Notes: generated from the sequence alone by a model not told the origin. A DNA stretch of 64,000 nt from Minisyncoccia bacterium (GCA_049287045.1 JBAQFC010000011.1:23058-87057); one strand, 5' to 3'. Positions 8,916 to 19,080 are shown, numbered from the stretch's first letter. A program made the numbers and translations.

Positions 8916-9655
8916 CTTATAATTTCTGTAAACTTTTTTGGGTCTAAACTATCACGTCCGACAAGGAAACCATCTGCGCCTTCTTGTAAAAATCCAAGTG
9001 CATTCTCTGGATGAACCGATCCTCCATAAATTATTCTAGTTTGTTCAATCATCTTAGCTCCAAATTTATCATTCAAAATTTTCTTTATAAAAATGCTCAT
9101 TTCTCTAAATTCTTCAGGGGTCGCTTCTCTGGTAGCATTTTTACCAATAGCCCAAACAGGTTCATAAGCAATAATAATTTTTGAAATTAAATTTCTAGAA
9201 ACTCCTGCCAAACATTCCTCAATCTGAGTCGTTACAAAATTTAAATATTCATGATTTTCATCTCGAACACTTTCTCCAACACACAAAATTGGTATCAATC
9301 CAACAGACATGGATTGTTTTATTTTTTTATTTATATCTTCATTTATTTCACCAAGAGCTCGTCTTTCAGAGTGTCCTAAAATAACATACTTTGCACCGAT
9401 ATTTAAAAGCATATCAGCAGATACTTCTCCGGTATAAGCACCCTTCTCTTCCCAGAAAGTATCTTGCCCACCCAGACTGACCTTCTTTGATAATTTCTTT
9501 AAGTTTTCTAAATATATAAATGGAGGACAAACCACTACTTCAGTTTTTGTTTTTGTGTCTAAATTTTTTAAAATTAGCTTGAAAATATTCTCTGCTTCCT
9601 TTTTTGTAGAGGGGTTCATTTTCCAGTTACCTATGACTATTTTCTTCTTTTGCAT
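8891..9655 (-). CDS. tpiA: Triosephosphate isomerase
   Basis: The TIM sequence begins at MQKKKIVIGNWKMN (start near 9655). The ORF-track extension out to 9739 runs through two terminator hairpins and is rejected. Confidence 0.88.
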   Translation of the reverse strand: MQKKKIVIGNWKMNPSTKKEAENIFKLILKNLDTKTKTEVVVCPPFIYLENLKKLSKKVSLGGQDTFWEEKGAYTGEVSADMLLNIGAKYVILGHSERRALGEINEDINKKIKQSMSVGLIPILCVGESVRDENHEYLNFVTTQIEECLAGVSRNLISKIIIAYEPVWAIGKNATREATPEEFREMSIFIKKILNDKFGAKMIEQTRIIYGGSVHPENALGFLQEGADGFLVGRDSLDPKKFTEIISITTKSIF

Positions 9656-9679
9656 AAAAGCATTATACCAAAAATAAAA

Positions 9680-9760
9680 CCCCGTCGCTCGCAAATGACG
9701 GGGCTTATAAATAATTAGGTAAATAAAAACCCCCGACAACGATTGTTGTCGGGGGTTGAA
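9680..9760 (-). terminator. Two tandem intrinsic terminators downstream of the 9770-11251 gene
   Basis: Hairpins ccccgtcgctcgcaaatgacgggg and cccccgacaacgattgttgtcggggg, each followed by a U-run on the minus strand. Confidence 0.6.
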
Positions 9761-9769
9761 GTAGCTTTA

Positions 9770-11251
9770 CTACTTCATCAAAATCAGCTTCCCTGTTCCA
9801 GATTTATTATTTTCATGATTTTTTATTTCATAAAAATAACAACCGGGAGAAAGGCCTTCAAATGAAAAAACATTCTTCTCATCTTGAACTTTTCGGCTCA
9901 TCAATAACTTACCTGCAATATCGTACAGAGAAAAATTGATATCTTCTTTCCCTGTAAAATTTTTCAGTTTTAATGTTACTTCACCTAAAGACGGGTTTGG
10001 GTATATGCTCCAACCAAAACTTTCGTGTTCTGATGTATTTACTGAAATTTGTAAATCCAAAGAATCCGGTCCGAGTTTTAAAAAAAGTGTACGCCAATCA
10101 ACAGATGCCAATGAATCCTGTTCTATACCCGCAATTACACACCCACCATCTGCAGTTAGACAAGAACTAGTAGACACAAATGAGTGCCCGGGAACACCAC
10201 CTATTTTTTTGGTCCAAAGGGTATCACCATCTTCCGTGATTCTCATAACAAAAGAACAATAATCAGAATTAACCTCAGGACCATATCCCCCTAAAACACC
10301 AAAAGCAACAAAACCAGAATTATTTTTAGCAACAATATTTCCAAACCCACCATTTTCTACTGATAAATTAAAATTCTTGCGAGATAAAAATAATCCATTA
10401 GAATCTAATTTAACGGTAGAATAACTATGAAGGGAAAGAGTATCAGTAGAATTCAGACCAACAAACATAAATGATCCATCAATTTTACTTTTAGTAAAAG
10501 AAGTTGGTTTGAACGTATCTGAAAAATGATATGAATAAACACTATCACCTGCAGCATTTGTCTTTAAAAAAAAGTCTTCTCCAGTTCTTGAATTATAACC
10601 AAGAGTAGTATTATACTTCAATCTAATTAACTGTCCGAAACCATTGTTTAACACAACAACCTTACCAACTAAACCTAAATTAATACTATGATAAAGAGTG
10701 GCACTACTATCTAAGTAGTGATTTTTATACCACAACATAGTTCCAATAGAATCAATTTTCATTAAAAATGAATTTCTTTGTGAATAAGAGTTAGTCCCTG
10801 TTTTTCTTGTTCCTGAAACAATGTAACTATCCCCAACTATATCGATAGATGGAGCAAGGTAATTTGATGAACTACCGTAGTTATGGTTCCATAATATATT
10901 GCCATTTTTATCTGTTTTAATAACAATCAGACGTTGATTGCCTGAAGTTTTCGAACCACAAACAATATATCCATCAGGAGTATCCTTAAGATTAAAAAAA
11001 GAATTACCTAAACCACCTAAGAATGTCTGCCAGAATATATTTCCCGTAGAATCAATTTCTTCTAAAAGGTACTCATTGATACTGTTTCTGAAAACAATAA
11101 CAAAATGTTTGTTATTAGTTTCCACTACACCATATGATGGTCCATGTATACTGTCATTTTTAATAAACTGCCATTTTACTTGTGGAGCAAGGATTGATTG
11201 AGCATGCAACGTGGTTGCAATAACCCAAAATAAGAATACGAGTTTTTTCAT
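9770..11251 (-). CDS. Secreted beta-propeller-like repeat protein with T9SS-type C-terminal sorting-domain-like tail
   Basis: 493 aa with a signal peptide (MKKLVFLFWVIATTLHAQS). The C-terminal 80 aa (YPNPSLGEVTL…FSLYDIAGKLL…GLSPGCYFYEI…TGKLILMK) matches the Por/T9SS CTD pattern. Confidence 0.6.
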   Translation of the reverse strand: MKKLVFLFWVIATTLHAQSILAPQVKWQFIKNDSIHGPSYGVVETNNKHFVIVFRNSINEYLLEEIDSTGNIFWQTFLGGLGNSFFNLKDTPDGYIVCGSKTSGNQRLIVIKTDKNGNILWNHNYGSSSNYLAPSIDIVGDSYIVSGTRKTGTNSYSQRNSFLMKIDSIGTMLWYKNHYLDSSATLYHSINLGLVGKVVVLNNGFGQLIRLKYNTTLGYNSRTGEDFFLKTNAAGDSVYSYHFSDTFKPTSFTKSKIDGSFMFVGLNSTDTLSLHSYSTVKLDSNGLFLSRKNFNLSVENGGFGNIVAKNNSGFVAFGVLGGYGPEVNSDYCSFVMRITEDGDTLWTKKIGGVPGHSFVSTSSCLTADGGCVIAGIEQDSLASVDWRTLFLKLGPDSLDLQISVNTSEHESFGWSIYPNPSLGEVTLKLKNFTGKEDINFSLYDIAGKLLMSRKVQDEKNVFSFEGLSPGCYFYEIKNHENNKSGTGKLILMK

Positions 11252-11405
11252 TTTTATTTTATTTTTTGTTTAACCTAGCTTTGTTACTAGTTTCAAGAAT
11301 TATAAAATCCCTAAAACTAGCAACAAAACCTAAAAAACAAATTTTTTTCAAACAACTTACTACCCGCATAGTCTAACACGAATCAGCAAAAAAAGCAAGA
11401 ATAAA

Positions 11406-11442
11406 AACACCTCTCTAATCTAGATTAGAGAGGTGTTTTTAT
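11406..11442. terminator. Bidirectional terminator
   Basis: Hairpin aacacctctctaatctagattagagaggtgtt with T-runs on both sides. Confidence 0.55.
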
Positions 11443-11454
11443 TAATATAAGAGA

Positions 11455-11727
11455 TTATTGACCACCTGACATAAGCTTTAGTTTTTGTTCCCGGGTAAGA
11501 CTACTAGCACTTCCAGAAGATGAAGGTGCTGCTACTTTATCTAAAATAATAACCTTTTGCTGGTCAGTCAAACTCCCTTCTGCATCTTTACTAAGTTGAT
11601 CTAGAAGATCAATCTTTTGTTTGTCTGTTGTCACATTTTTATTTTTGTAGTAATAAAAAGCACCAACTGAAAGTAAGATGAGCGATAGTATTACTATAGA
11701 GATTATATAAATTTTTTTTCTGTCCAT
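11455..11727 (-). CDS. Small single-pass membrane protein
   Basis: 90 aa with an N-terminal transmembrane helix. Confidence 0.4.
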   Translation of the reverse strand: MDRKKIYIISIVILSLILLSVGAFYYYKNKNVTTDKQKIDLLDQLSKDAEGSLTDQQKVIILDKVAAPSSSGSASSLTREQKLKLMSGGQ

Positions 11728-11762
11728 TTTTTTATTTCAAATATTAACTAACTAATTTAAAT

Positions 11763-13103
11763 CTACTCCCAAGATATTGTAACCTGACCATTAGCACCAT
11801 TGGCTCCACCTCCTCCACTAAAGTGACCTGCGTAGTCACAAGTGTGACCACCAGCTCCACCTCCTCCTCCACCACCAGGAGCAGTTCCGGGATTCCCTGG
11901 ATAGCCTGCATGTTTACAACCCTGATCGGTTCCACCTGCGCCACCTGCGCCACCCGAAGAACCAGCGGCACCAGCGGCACCATTTTGAGTAGTACTAAGA
12001 CCCATATCAGAATTGTTATTATTTGCAGGCACTGTAGGAATTGGAGCTCCAGCACCTCCAGCGGCAGTAACTATAGCGGTAGCGTCTACTGATACACTAG
12101 ATGGGTTTCCAGCTGCTCCGGGGCCAATACCACTACCATCATGAGGCTCACCATTACTACCTCCGCCGCCACCACCAACTTTGACTGCCAATACAGTCGA
12201 AATTGCAGAAATTTGAGGATAAGTTGCTTTAGGAATATTGATAATTTGAGTAGTATAAGCACCTCCAGCACCACCAGCACCACCGTATCCAAAATCACCA
12301 CCGCTTCCGAGGTTAGCATTACTAGATTTACTACCACCACTTCCACCACCACCGGCACCCCATGTTTTTATTGTTAATTTTACAGTATTATACGGCACAA
12401 TAAAATAATAAGTTCCTGGAATATTCCAAGTAAAAGAACAAGGATTAGCATTAGAAGGAATACAGGCAGCTGGAATAGGAGTCAAAGTTGGGATAGTACA
12501 TAAGATAAGTTTACCAGAAGTATCTGAACAAACTTCTCTCAATTTACTCGAACCAGAGTATGGCGAACTAAAAGCAAGAGTATGAGCCAAAGAAGAAACC
12601 TTCATATAACTCTTTACAAAAGGACCTACTGGATTAGTAGTAGTATTATTTTCGTTGACTATCTCCAAGTTTCTAGTTGGATTTTCTCCTCCGTCATAAG
12701 GAACAAGAGTACCAGGGAAAGTAGGACCTGGGCCAAACCAACCACCAACATAAGTTCCACTTCCACCTTGTCCTACACCCATTCTTCCTGAGACGTACAA
12801 ATTGTTTGCAGATAGGATACTTTGATCACCATGAAACTCAGAATTTCCAAAAACAAATAAATTTACAGTTCCAGTTCCATTAACTATTCCTAAACCACCC
12901 TTTTTTAATTGGTTGAATGAACTTGAATTTATTGGAGCAGAAACACCAACAGGATCGAGATATATAGGTGGAGATACAGATGGTGGTGTGAAAGTGAAAT
13001 CTGTAACAACCGAGGCGAAAACAACGCTGGTACTAAACACCAAACAGAGAGTTATAATTTTTATTGATTGAATCAAATGTTTTTTCATAAATTTATACAA
13101 CAT
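11763..13103 (-). CDS. Secreted glycine-rich protein (paralog 1 of 3)
   Basis: 446 aa with a signal peptide; contains LYVSGRMGVGQG and CSDTSGKLILC motifs, long G-runs, and the C-terminus NGQVTISWE. Confidence 0.6.
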   Translation of the reverse strand: MLYKFMKKHLIQSIKIITLCLVFSTSVVFASVVTDFTFTPPSVSPPIYLDPVGVSAPINSSSFNQLKKGGLGIVNGTGTVNLFVFGNSEFHGDQSILSANNLYVSGRMGVGQGGSGTYVGGWFGPGPTFPGTLVPYDGGENPTRNLEIVNENNTTTNPVGPFVKSYMKVSSLAHTLAFSSPYSGSSKLREVCSDTSGKLILCTIPTLTPIPAACIPSNANPCSFTWNIPGTYYFIVPYNTVKLTIKTWGAGGGGSGGSKSSNANLGSGGDFGYGGAGGAGGAYTTQIINIPKATYPQISAISTVLAVKVGGGGGGSNGEPHDGSGIGPGAAGNPSSVSVDATAIVTAAGGAGAPIPTVPANNNNSDMGLSTTQNGAAGAAGSSGGAGGAGGTDQGCKHAGYPGNPGTAPGGGGGGGAGGHTCDYAGHFSGGGGANGANGQVTISWE

Positions 13104-14344
13104 TAATAACTTACATAAATACCCATACCTACCAAAGAAAAATAAGTACCAAATGAATAAGTACCAAATGAAGTAGTTCCACCAGTAACACTAATAAACT
13201 CAAAGAAAATAGGAATTTGTTGTCCAGGAGAAACATATATATTACGTCCAGAAACATTTATTTTAAAAACTCCATCAGGTACATTAAAATAACCTAAAGG
13301 TAAACTAGGGTCATTACCTTCATTACCAGAAAACGGTTGATAACCCTTTGGACAAAAAACAATCTTGCCCAATGTGTCGGAACAAAGATGATTTATTGCT
13401 GATTCATCAGGATCTTCAAAAGCACCAATTTTGACACTACCTACGACATCCAACTTTTCTGTTGGTGCTGTTGTACCGATACCTATTTTACCTGACACAT
13501 ACAAATTTCCACCTGGGAGTGGTGCTGGTAGTTTGTTTGCGGAACCTGTAACAGCGAAATTTAAATATATTGTTGTTGATGGAAGTTGACTGGAGTTATT
13601 AGTCAAAGTTACCTTACAAGAATAACCTCTACTTACTGGATTTGGATCTCCATAATCACCACTATACAAGTGATTGAGGGTAATTTCAGTAGTAACAGGA
13701 GAATTATTGGTACTTGCAGGAATAGAAGTAGCAGAGCTTGAACAGCCGTTTGAAACGGTAAGACCTCCACCTACAAATGATTTAATTTTAAATTTAGGAT
13801 TATAAGCTGAAGTAGAACATACCCATTCATCAGTTCCACTAACATAATTCCCAATAGGACAATCAGTATTACCATTTGGGTAATTTATAAGAACATCTGA
13901 AGTACTTTGTGGATAAACAAAATCTATATCTGGTCCTTGTGGTGGACCATACTGTATAGCATAAGCAATATTTACCTTTAATAAAGATGCAAAAAAATCA
14001 TTGATAGGTTTTGTTATTTTATCCAAGCTAAGACCAGCAAAAATATTATTGGAAGGTTTCATTCCCTGTGAACCACCAGAACCACAGGTAGTACAAAGAT
14101 AAATACTCACATGGCCGTAAAAATTTGTAGTACCAGTAACAGTCAACGGGCCAACAGCCAAACCACCTTCTTTAAGCTGAGAAGTATTTATTACTCCTTG
14201 AGTTATTGGGACAGAAGAAACATCCAAATCTTGGTTAGCAGTAGGAGGTAAGGTTATTGGTGCTGTCCAGCCGAAAGCAAAATTACTACTTAATAGTAAG
14301 CCAAGAGTAGATATTTTTATTATTTTAATTAAATCTTTTTTCAT
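13103..14344 (-). CDS. Secreted protein, paralog 2 (tail-fiber-like GKIGIGTTAP motif)
   Basis: 413 aa with a signal peptide; shares the NLYVSGKIGIGTTAPTEKLDV and CSDTLGKIVFC motifs with its neighbours. Confidence 0.6.
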   Translation of the reverse strand: MKKDLIKIIKISTLGLLLSSNFAFGWTAPITLPPTANQDLDVSSVPITQGVINTSQLKEGGLAVGPLTVTGTTNFYGHVSIYLCTTCGSGGSQGMKPSNNIFAGLSLDKITKPINDFFASLLKVNIAYAIQYGPPQGPDIDFVYPQSTSDVLINYPNGNTDCPIGNYVSGTDEWVCSTSAYNPKFKIKSFVGGGLTVSNGCSSSATSIPASTNNSPVTTEITLNHLYSGDYGDPNPVSRGYSCKVTLTNNSSQLPSTTIYLNFAVTGSANKLPAPLPGGNLYVSGKIGIGTTAPTEKLDVVGSVKIGAFEDPDESAINHLCSDTLGKIVFCPKGYQPFSGNEGNDPSLPLGYFNVPDGVFKINVSGRNIYVSPGQQIPIFFEFISVTGGTTSFGTYSFGTYFSLVGMGIYVSY

Positions 14345-14356
14345 AAATTTTATAAA

Positions 14357-15562
14357 TTACCAAGATATTGTTACTCTGCCATTGGCACCAGCACTACTTT
14401 TACCGCTAGTTCCACTTGCAAGGAAATAAGTGATTCCAGTACCACCGCCACCACCAGCACCTGGAGAAGAAGCTACACCTGCATCTGGAACAATTATATT
14501 AACATTGGAACCACTATATGGAGACATACAATTCTCTGTATCAAAAAAAGCTATTCCACCACTGGAAGCACCATTAGAACCACAAACCCAAGAAGTAACT
14601 GGACCAGGAGGCATATTGCCAGCAGCAGGACTTTGAGAGTTAAAAATAGTTCCTCCACCTCCAAGACCAGAGAATGATCCTCCAACACCAGCAGAAGCTG
14701 GAGCAGGTAATCCAGTTAAGGTTGTACCAGAGTAAGTTGGAACGCCAGCACCACCTCCGCCGCCACCACCATTACCAAGAGCGATAATAACTCCATTACT
14801 AACTCTTGTGACTTTACTTACGGTTCCAGCTGCACCAGGATTACCAATAGACTGGGACACTCTAGATCCAGCGGCACCACCCGAGCCAACAATGATTGAA
14901 ATAGTTTCTCCTTCAGTTACAGGAATAGTAGTTGAATAATAAGCACCACCTCCGCCGCCTGCGCCACCTGCGCCAGTAATTAATCCACTTGCACTACCAG
15001 CACCACCTCCGCCGCCACCACCCCATACTTTGAAAGTAGCTGTTGTTACATTTGAAGGAATTGACCATGAGTATGTACCTGGAGTTGCAAAAGTTATTGA
15101 ACCAAAAGTAAAAGTAGGGGGGCAAATAAGAAGCACACCATTTGTATCAGCACAAACTTTAGCCTGCCCAGCTGTAGTGTGAGCAACGTCACTTATTTTA
15201 GCATTACCAGATACCTCGAATTTAACTGTTGTGGGTGAAACACCTACACCAACTTTACCAGTTACATATAAATCATTAGAATTATCTGGAGATGGCAATG
15301 AAAAAGGATCTGGTCCATTGATATTTATATTACCAGTCATTTCAGATGGACCAGCAACAACTAACGGTCCAATACCGAGAGACCCTTTTTTTAATTGAGA
15401 AACTGAACCAACATCAATAGGAATTGAAACATTAGTACTCGGTAACGCAGGTGCAACAGGGTTTGCTGGTTTAATATTCCATATATTTGCATAAGCAAAA
15501 CTGGCACTGATTATCAGACCAAGAGAAACTATTTTAAATGTTTGAATTATTTCTTTTTTCAT
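14357..15562 (-). CDS. Secreted glycine-rich protein (paralog 3)
   Basis: 401 aa with a signal peptide; contains DLYVTGKVGVGVSPTTVKFEV and CADTNGVLLIC, G-runs, and the C-terminus NGRVTISW. Confidence 0.6.
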   Translation of the reverse strand: MKKEIIQTFKIVSLGLIISASFAYANIWNIKPANPVAPALPSTNVSIPIDVGSVSQLKKGSLGIGPLVVAGPSEMTGNININGPDPFSLPSPDNSNDLYVTGKVGVGVSPTTVKFEVSGNAKISDVAHTTAGQAKVCADTNGVLLICPPTFTFGSITFATPGTYSWSIPSNVTTATFKVWGGGGGGGAGSASGLITGAGGAGGGGGAYYSTTIPVTEGETISIIVGSGGAAGSRVSQSIGNPGAAGTVSKVTRVSNGVIIALGNGGGGGGGAGVPTYSGTTLTGLPAPASAGVGGSFSGLGGGGTIFNSQSPAAGNMPPGPVTSWVCGSNGASSGGIAFFDTENCMSPYSGSNVNIIVPDAGVASSPGAGGGGGTGITYFLASGTSGKSSAGANGRVTISW

Positions 15563-15607
15563 ACGATTTTACCAAAACGTTCTTTAATTATAACATGATG
15601 CAAACTT

Positions 15608-17608
15608 TTAAATCTCTATATAACCAGGTTGTCTCTTTGGACAAGGAGGAGTGCCAAGGGCAGGACATTTTGGAAGAGGACCACTTGGACCGACTTGCAC
15701 AGGAGCAGAATCACCAACTGTAGTACCACCCAAACTACAATTTATTTCAAAAGTAGTGTCGTTAGTAGTATTTATTGCACCAGTAGAACCAGTAACGGCT
15801 TGAGTTGCTCCACTCCAACCTGAATAAGTGAGGTTGGTAGGAATATTCAAATTTGAAGAAACACAGCTTGTTGCACCTGTTGAACTCCATTGTAAATAAA
15901 CATTTCCTCCGACTGCGGGTAATGGAGTAATAATTCTGTTTATGAAAGAAGGATCACTATAAGCTTTCAAAGTGACAGTAGGCATGGCTGATGGACTCAC
16001 AACAACCTGGACGGTGTTACTAATAACATCAGTTCCATCACTCGCTTTATGACAAGTAATTTTATAGGAGTAGGTATTTGCAAAAGAGGTACTTGTATTG
16101 GTTAGTGTGCGTGGAGCATAATCAAGTGGAATAGTTAATGAAGAAGGACATGTCACAGCTCCGGTCCAGTCGATACTTGCAAGACCATTGTTTGCAGTTG
16201 TATTCAAAAGAGAACCGGTGGAAGATAAAGTAATCGTGTCTCCGGTATTGATGGTAATAGGCCCAACAGAAGGAGTAGAACCATTTGCACTAACCTTCAA
16301 AGAAAGAGAAACGACAGACTCAGCTGGTAGAACATTAACTGCAACTGTCTCAGTAAGAGTTTCTCCTGTATCTATTGTATTACAAGTAAGATGATATAGA
16401 TAAGTAGTTGTAACTGTTGTACTTGGATTAGTTAGAGTCCACGCTGAAGGCGTGTAGGTAGTTTCAGGACTCAATGACTGAGGACATCCTTTGGGGTACT
16501 TCCAATTTACATCTGCATTTGGTTCATCAGAACTAACTCCAAAATCAGCTGGTTTTAAATATCCAGGAGTTGCAACGGAGGAAAGTTTAACTACATCTCC
16601 TGAATGAATAGTAATTTCGCGCGCAATACCATTTGCATAAAGAACAAAAGTTGAAGGAGGAGTTGGATTCACATTTATCGTAATAATATTAGAATCAACA
16701 GTACCAGTGGTGGATTTTGTACAATTTAGTTTAAAGGTATAGACGGCTGTAGTTGTCGTACTAGGGTTAGTCAGTTGAACTGAATAATTGACTGGAGTTG
16801 TTCCAGGACATGTTTTAGCACCGGTCCAATCAGAACTTACAACAGTATTCAAAGTACTAGTTGCAGTACCATTTATTGTAGAATTAATAGACACACCGCT
16901 TGAAGTAAGGGTAACAATATCTCCTGAGTTGATTGTCGTTGCACTAGCAGCAAGAGTCAGAGATGGTGGAAGACTGGAAGTAGTTCCATTGAACTGAATC
17001 CAGCCAATAACATCTGAACCCCAAGCATAACCTGTAATAGTATTGGTAGACGAATCAACAACTACACCATAATCATCGTTACTATTGTGTAAGCTTATCC
17101 AACCATCCCAACCATCCGTACGAGTTACACCAGTACAAGCAGTACCACTAGGAAGAGTTTGATTGATTTGAGGATTAGTAATAACACTGTTTAATCCATT
17201 GCAAGCTCTCGCCCAACCGGTAATTTTAGAACCGGATAAGTTTGCGTTTATTGGTGAAGTACCATCACCAGTAGTGTTGGGGAAACTTGAGTTTGCAAAA
17301 CCACCAAACTTTATCCATCCGATATTTGAAGACCAGGCATAACCAGTGACATCTCCATTGTTGGCAATAGTTAGTCCGTAGTTAGAAGTTCCACAAGTAT
17401 TGGTGTTTGTACAATTTAAACTGATCCAACCGATATTTGAAGACCAAGCCCAGCCAGCAACATTGTCAGTAGAAGAAGCTTGTACTTTTTTATCCAACGA
17501 AGAGAAAACTGAAAAGACCATCAGAACTACAAAAAATGAAATTACAAAAAACTTTTTTGTAATATTCACTGACAAAACTTTGGTCTTTAAGTTTTTTAGA
17601 ATACTCAC
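15608..17608 (-). CDS. Large secreted repeat protein (GWAWSSNIGWI repeats + Ig-like domains)
   Basis: 666 aa with a signal anchor. Four or more G(Y/W)AWSSNIGWI(S/K)F repeats are followed by about 90-aa repeats that each end in a Y.F.L.C motif. Confidence 0.65.
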   Translation of the reverse strand: MSILKNLKTKVLSVNITKKFFVISFFVVLMVFSVFSSLDKKVQASSTDNVAGWAWSSNIGWISLNCTNTNTCGTSNYGLTIANNGDVTGYAWSSNIGWIKFGGFANSSFPNTTGDGTSPINANLSGSKITGWARACNGLNSVITNPQINQTLPSGTACTGVTRTDGWDGWISLHNSNDDYGVVVDSSTNTITGYAWGSDVIGWIQFNGTTSSLPPSLTLAASATTINSGDIVTLTSSGVSINSTINGTATSTLNTVVSSDWTGAKTCPGTTPVNYSVQLTNPSTTTTAVYTFKLNCTKSTTGTVDSNIITINVNPTPPSTFVLYANGIAREITIHSGDVVKLSSVATPGYLKPADFGVSSDEPNADVNWKYPKGCPQSLSPETTYTPSAWTLTNPSTTVTTTYLYHLTCNTIDTGETLTETVAVNVLPAESVVSLSLKVSANGSTPSVGPITINTGDTITLSSTGSLLNTTANNGLASIDWTGAVTCPSSLTIPLDYAPRTLTNTSTSFANTYSYKITCHKASDGTDVISNTVQVVVSPSAMPTVTLKAYSDPSFINRIITPLPAVGGNVYLQWSSTGATSCVSSNLNIPTNLTYSGWSGATQAVTGSTGAINTTNDTTFEINCSLGGTTVGDSAPVQVGPSGPLPKCPALGTPPCPKRQPGYIEI

Positions 17609-17698
17609 AACATAATTATATACTTTTTAAAAAAACAAAACAATAAAAATTAACAAGGATGTGGAAAACTGTTCACAAAATTCATCACACGAAACTTT

Positions 17699-17743
17699 CC
17701 CCGACCCCCGGGATAGGGGATTCCCCTATCCCGGGGGTCGGGG
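17699..17743. repeat. 45-nt perfect GC-rich palindrome in the divergent region upstream of nusA
   Basis: ccccgacccccgggatagggga-t-tcccctatcccgggggtcgggg; it shares the core taggggattccccta with the palindrome at 1080. Confidence 0.8.
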
Positions 17744-17802
17744 AAGTTGGTCTTTTAAAGATATTGACTTTTTTGACCAAATAAAATAACATATTAAGTA
17801 TT

Positions 17803-17830
17803 AGTCCGTCACGAAACGGGCTTTTTTAGT
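17803..17830 (+). promoter_or_regulatory. Leader hairpin + U-run (candidate attenuator) in the nusA 5' region
   Basis: gtccgt-cacgaa-acgggc followed by TTTTTT, about 65 nt upstream of the nusA ATG. Two further hairpins lie at 17850-17877 and 17878-17892. Confidence 0.4.
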
Positions 17831-17892
17831 AAAATTTAATAAAAATTGGTCGTGCCAATATAAAGGTTGCACGACATGATTTCACAAAATCA

Positions 17893-19080
17893 ATGTTAGA
17901 TATAAAAACATTTAAATCAGCGTTAGAACAACTAGAAGAAGAAAGGAAGATTCCAAAAGAAAAAATCTTGGATGCAATCGAACAAGCTATGGCTGCCGCT
18001 TATAAAAAAGATTACGGCAAAAAAGGTCAGATAATACGTGCCAAGTTTGACTTAGAAACTGGAAAAACAGACTTTTTCCAGGTTAAAATCGTTGTTGATG
18101 AGTCTATTGTTAAAATGGATGAAGAAGAAGGTGAAGGAAAAGAGTATTCAGTAAGAGAAGAAGGCGATGAACGTGCACATTTTAACTCAGAACATCATAT
18201 CCTTCTTGAAGACGCTCAAAAAATGAAAAAGGGAGTAGAACTCAATGATGAGGTTATTTTCCCATTGGAACCAAAAGAAGATTACGGACGTATTGCTGCA
18301 CAGACTGCTAAACAAGTTATAATCCAGAGAATCCGAGAAGCTGAACGTACATCTATTATAGATGAGTATGGAATCAAGGAAGGTGAGATAGTTTCTGGTA
18401 TCGTCCAAAAGGTAGAAAGAGGTAATGTTTATGTTGATTTTAGTCGTGCGACTGGTATCTTGCCAGCTGAAGAACAGATTCCTGGTGAATTTTTCCAGAG
18501 AGGTCAACGTGTCCGTGCTTATCTTTACTCTGTAGAAGACACAGCAAGAGGAATCAACCTTCGCCTTTCACACACTCATCCAAAATTCTTGGAGAAACTT
18601 TTTGCAGCTGAAGCTCCTGAAGTACAAAGTGGTATCGTGGAAATCAAGGCTATCGCTCGAGAAGCTGGAACTCGTTCCAAAATCGCTGTACATTCCAATG
18701 ATGAACACATTGATCCAGTTGGTTCATGTGTCGGACAAAAAGGTACACGCGTAAATACTGTTACTGGAGAACTTTCTGGAGAAAAAATCGACATCATCCC
18801 TTGGTCAGCCGATCCAAAAGAATTTGTTTCTAATTCCCTTTCACCAGCAAAAGTTATTTCTATTGAAATTGATGAAAAAGAACATAAAGCTGTCGTAGAA
18901 GTAGCTGATGATCAGCTTTCATTAGCAATCGGTAAAGGTGGACAAAACGTACGCCTTGCTGCCAAGCTAACTGGTTGGAGAATCGACATTCAAGGAGATG
19001 GCAAAGCTGTCGCTGCGACTGACGGAGAAAAAGTCAAAATCTCAAAGGAAGTTGAAGAAGAAGTTGAAAAGGCTGAATAG
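17893..19080 (+). CDS. nusA: Transcription termination/antitermination factor NusA
   Basis: 395 aa: an N-terminal domain, S1 and two KH domains, and no C-terminal AR domains. Confidence 0.9.
   Translation: MLDIKTFKSALEQLEEERKIPKEKILDAIEQAMAAAYKKDYGKKGQIIRAKFDLETGKTDFFQVKIVVDESIVKMDEEEGEGKEYSVREEGDERAHFNSEHHILLEDAQKMKKGVELNDEVIFPLEPKEDYGRIAAQTAKQVIIQRIREAERTSIIDEYGIKEGEIVSGIVQKVERGNVYVDFSRATGILPAEEQIPGEFFQRGQRVRAYLYSVEDTARGINLRLSHTHPKFLEKLFAAEAPEVQSGIVEIKAIAREAGTRSKIAVHSNDEHIDPVGSCVGQKGTRVNTVTGELSGEKIDIIPWSADPKEFVSNSLSPAKVISIEIDEKEHKAVVEVADDQLSLAIGKGGQNVRLAAKLTGWRIDIQGDGKAVAATDGEKVKISKEVEEEVEKAE

Noticed and set aside
9656-9739. N-terminal 28-aa extension of the tpiA ORF in the ORF track
   Set aside because: The extension runs through two terminator hairpins and a poly-hydrophobic nonsense peptide (MSGVFIYLIIYKPRHLRATGFYFWYNAF). 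The TIM sequence begins at MQKKKIVIGNWKMN.
11744-12377. Minus- and plus-strand ORFs (103, 90, 89 and 78 aa) nested in other frames of the glycine-rich gene 11763-13103
   Set aside because: They are other frames or strands of a Gly-codon-rich (GGN/NCC) gene, which naturally lack stops. The products are low-complexity (poly-V/L/T/S), and the same-strand frame encodes a coherent secreted paralog family.
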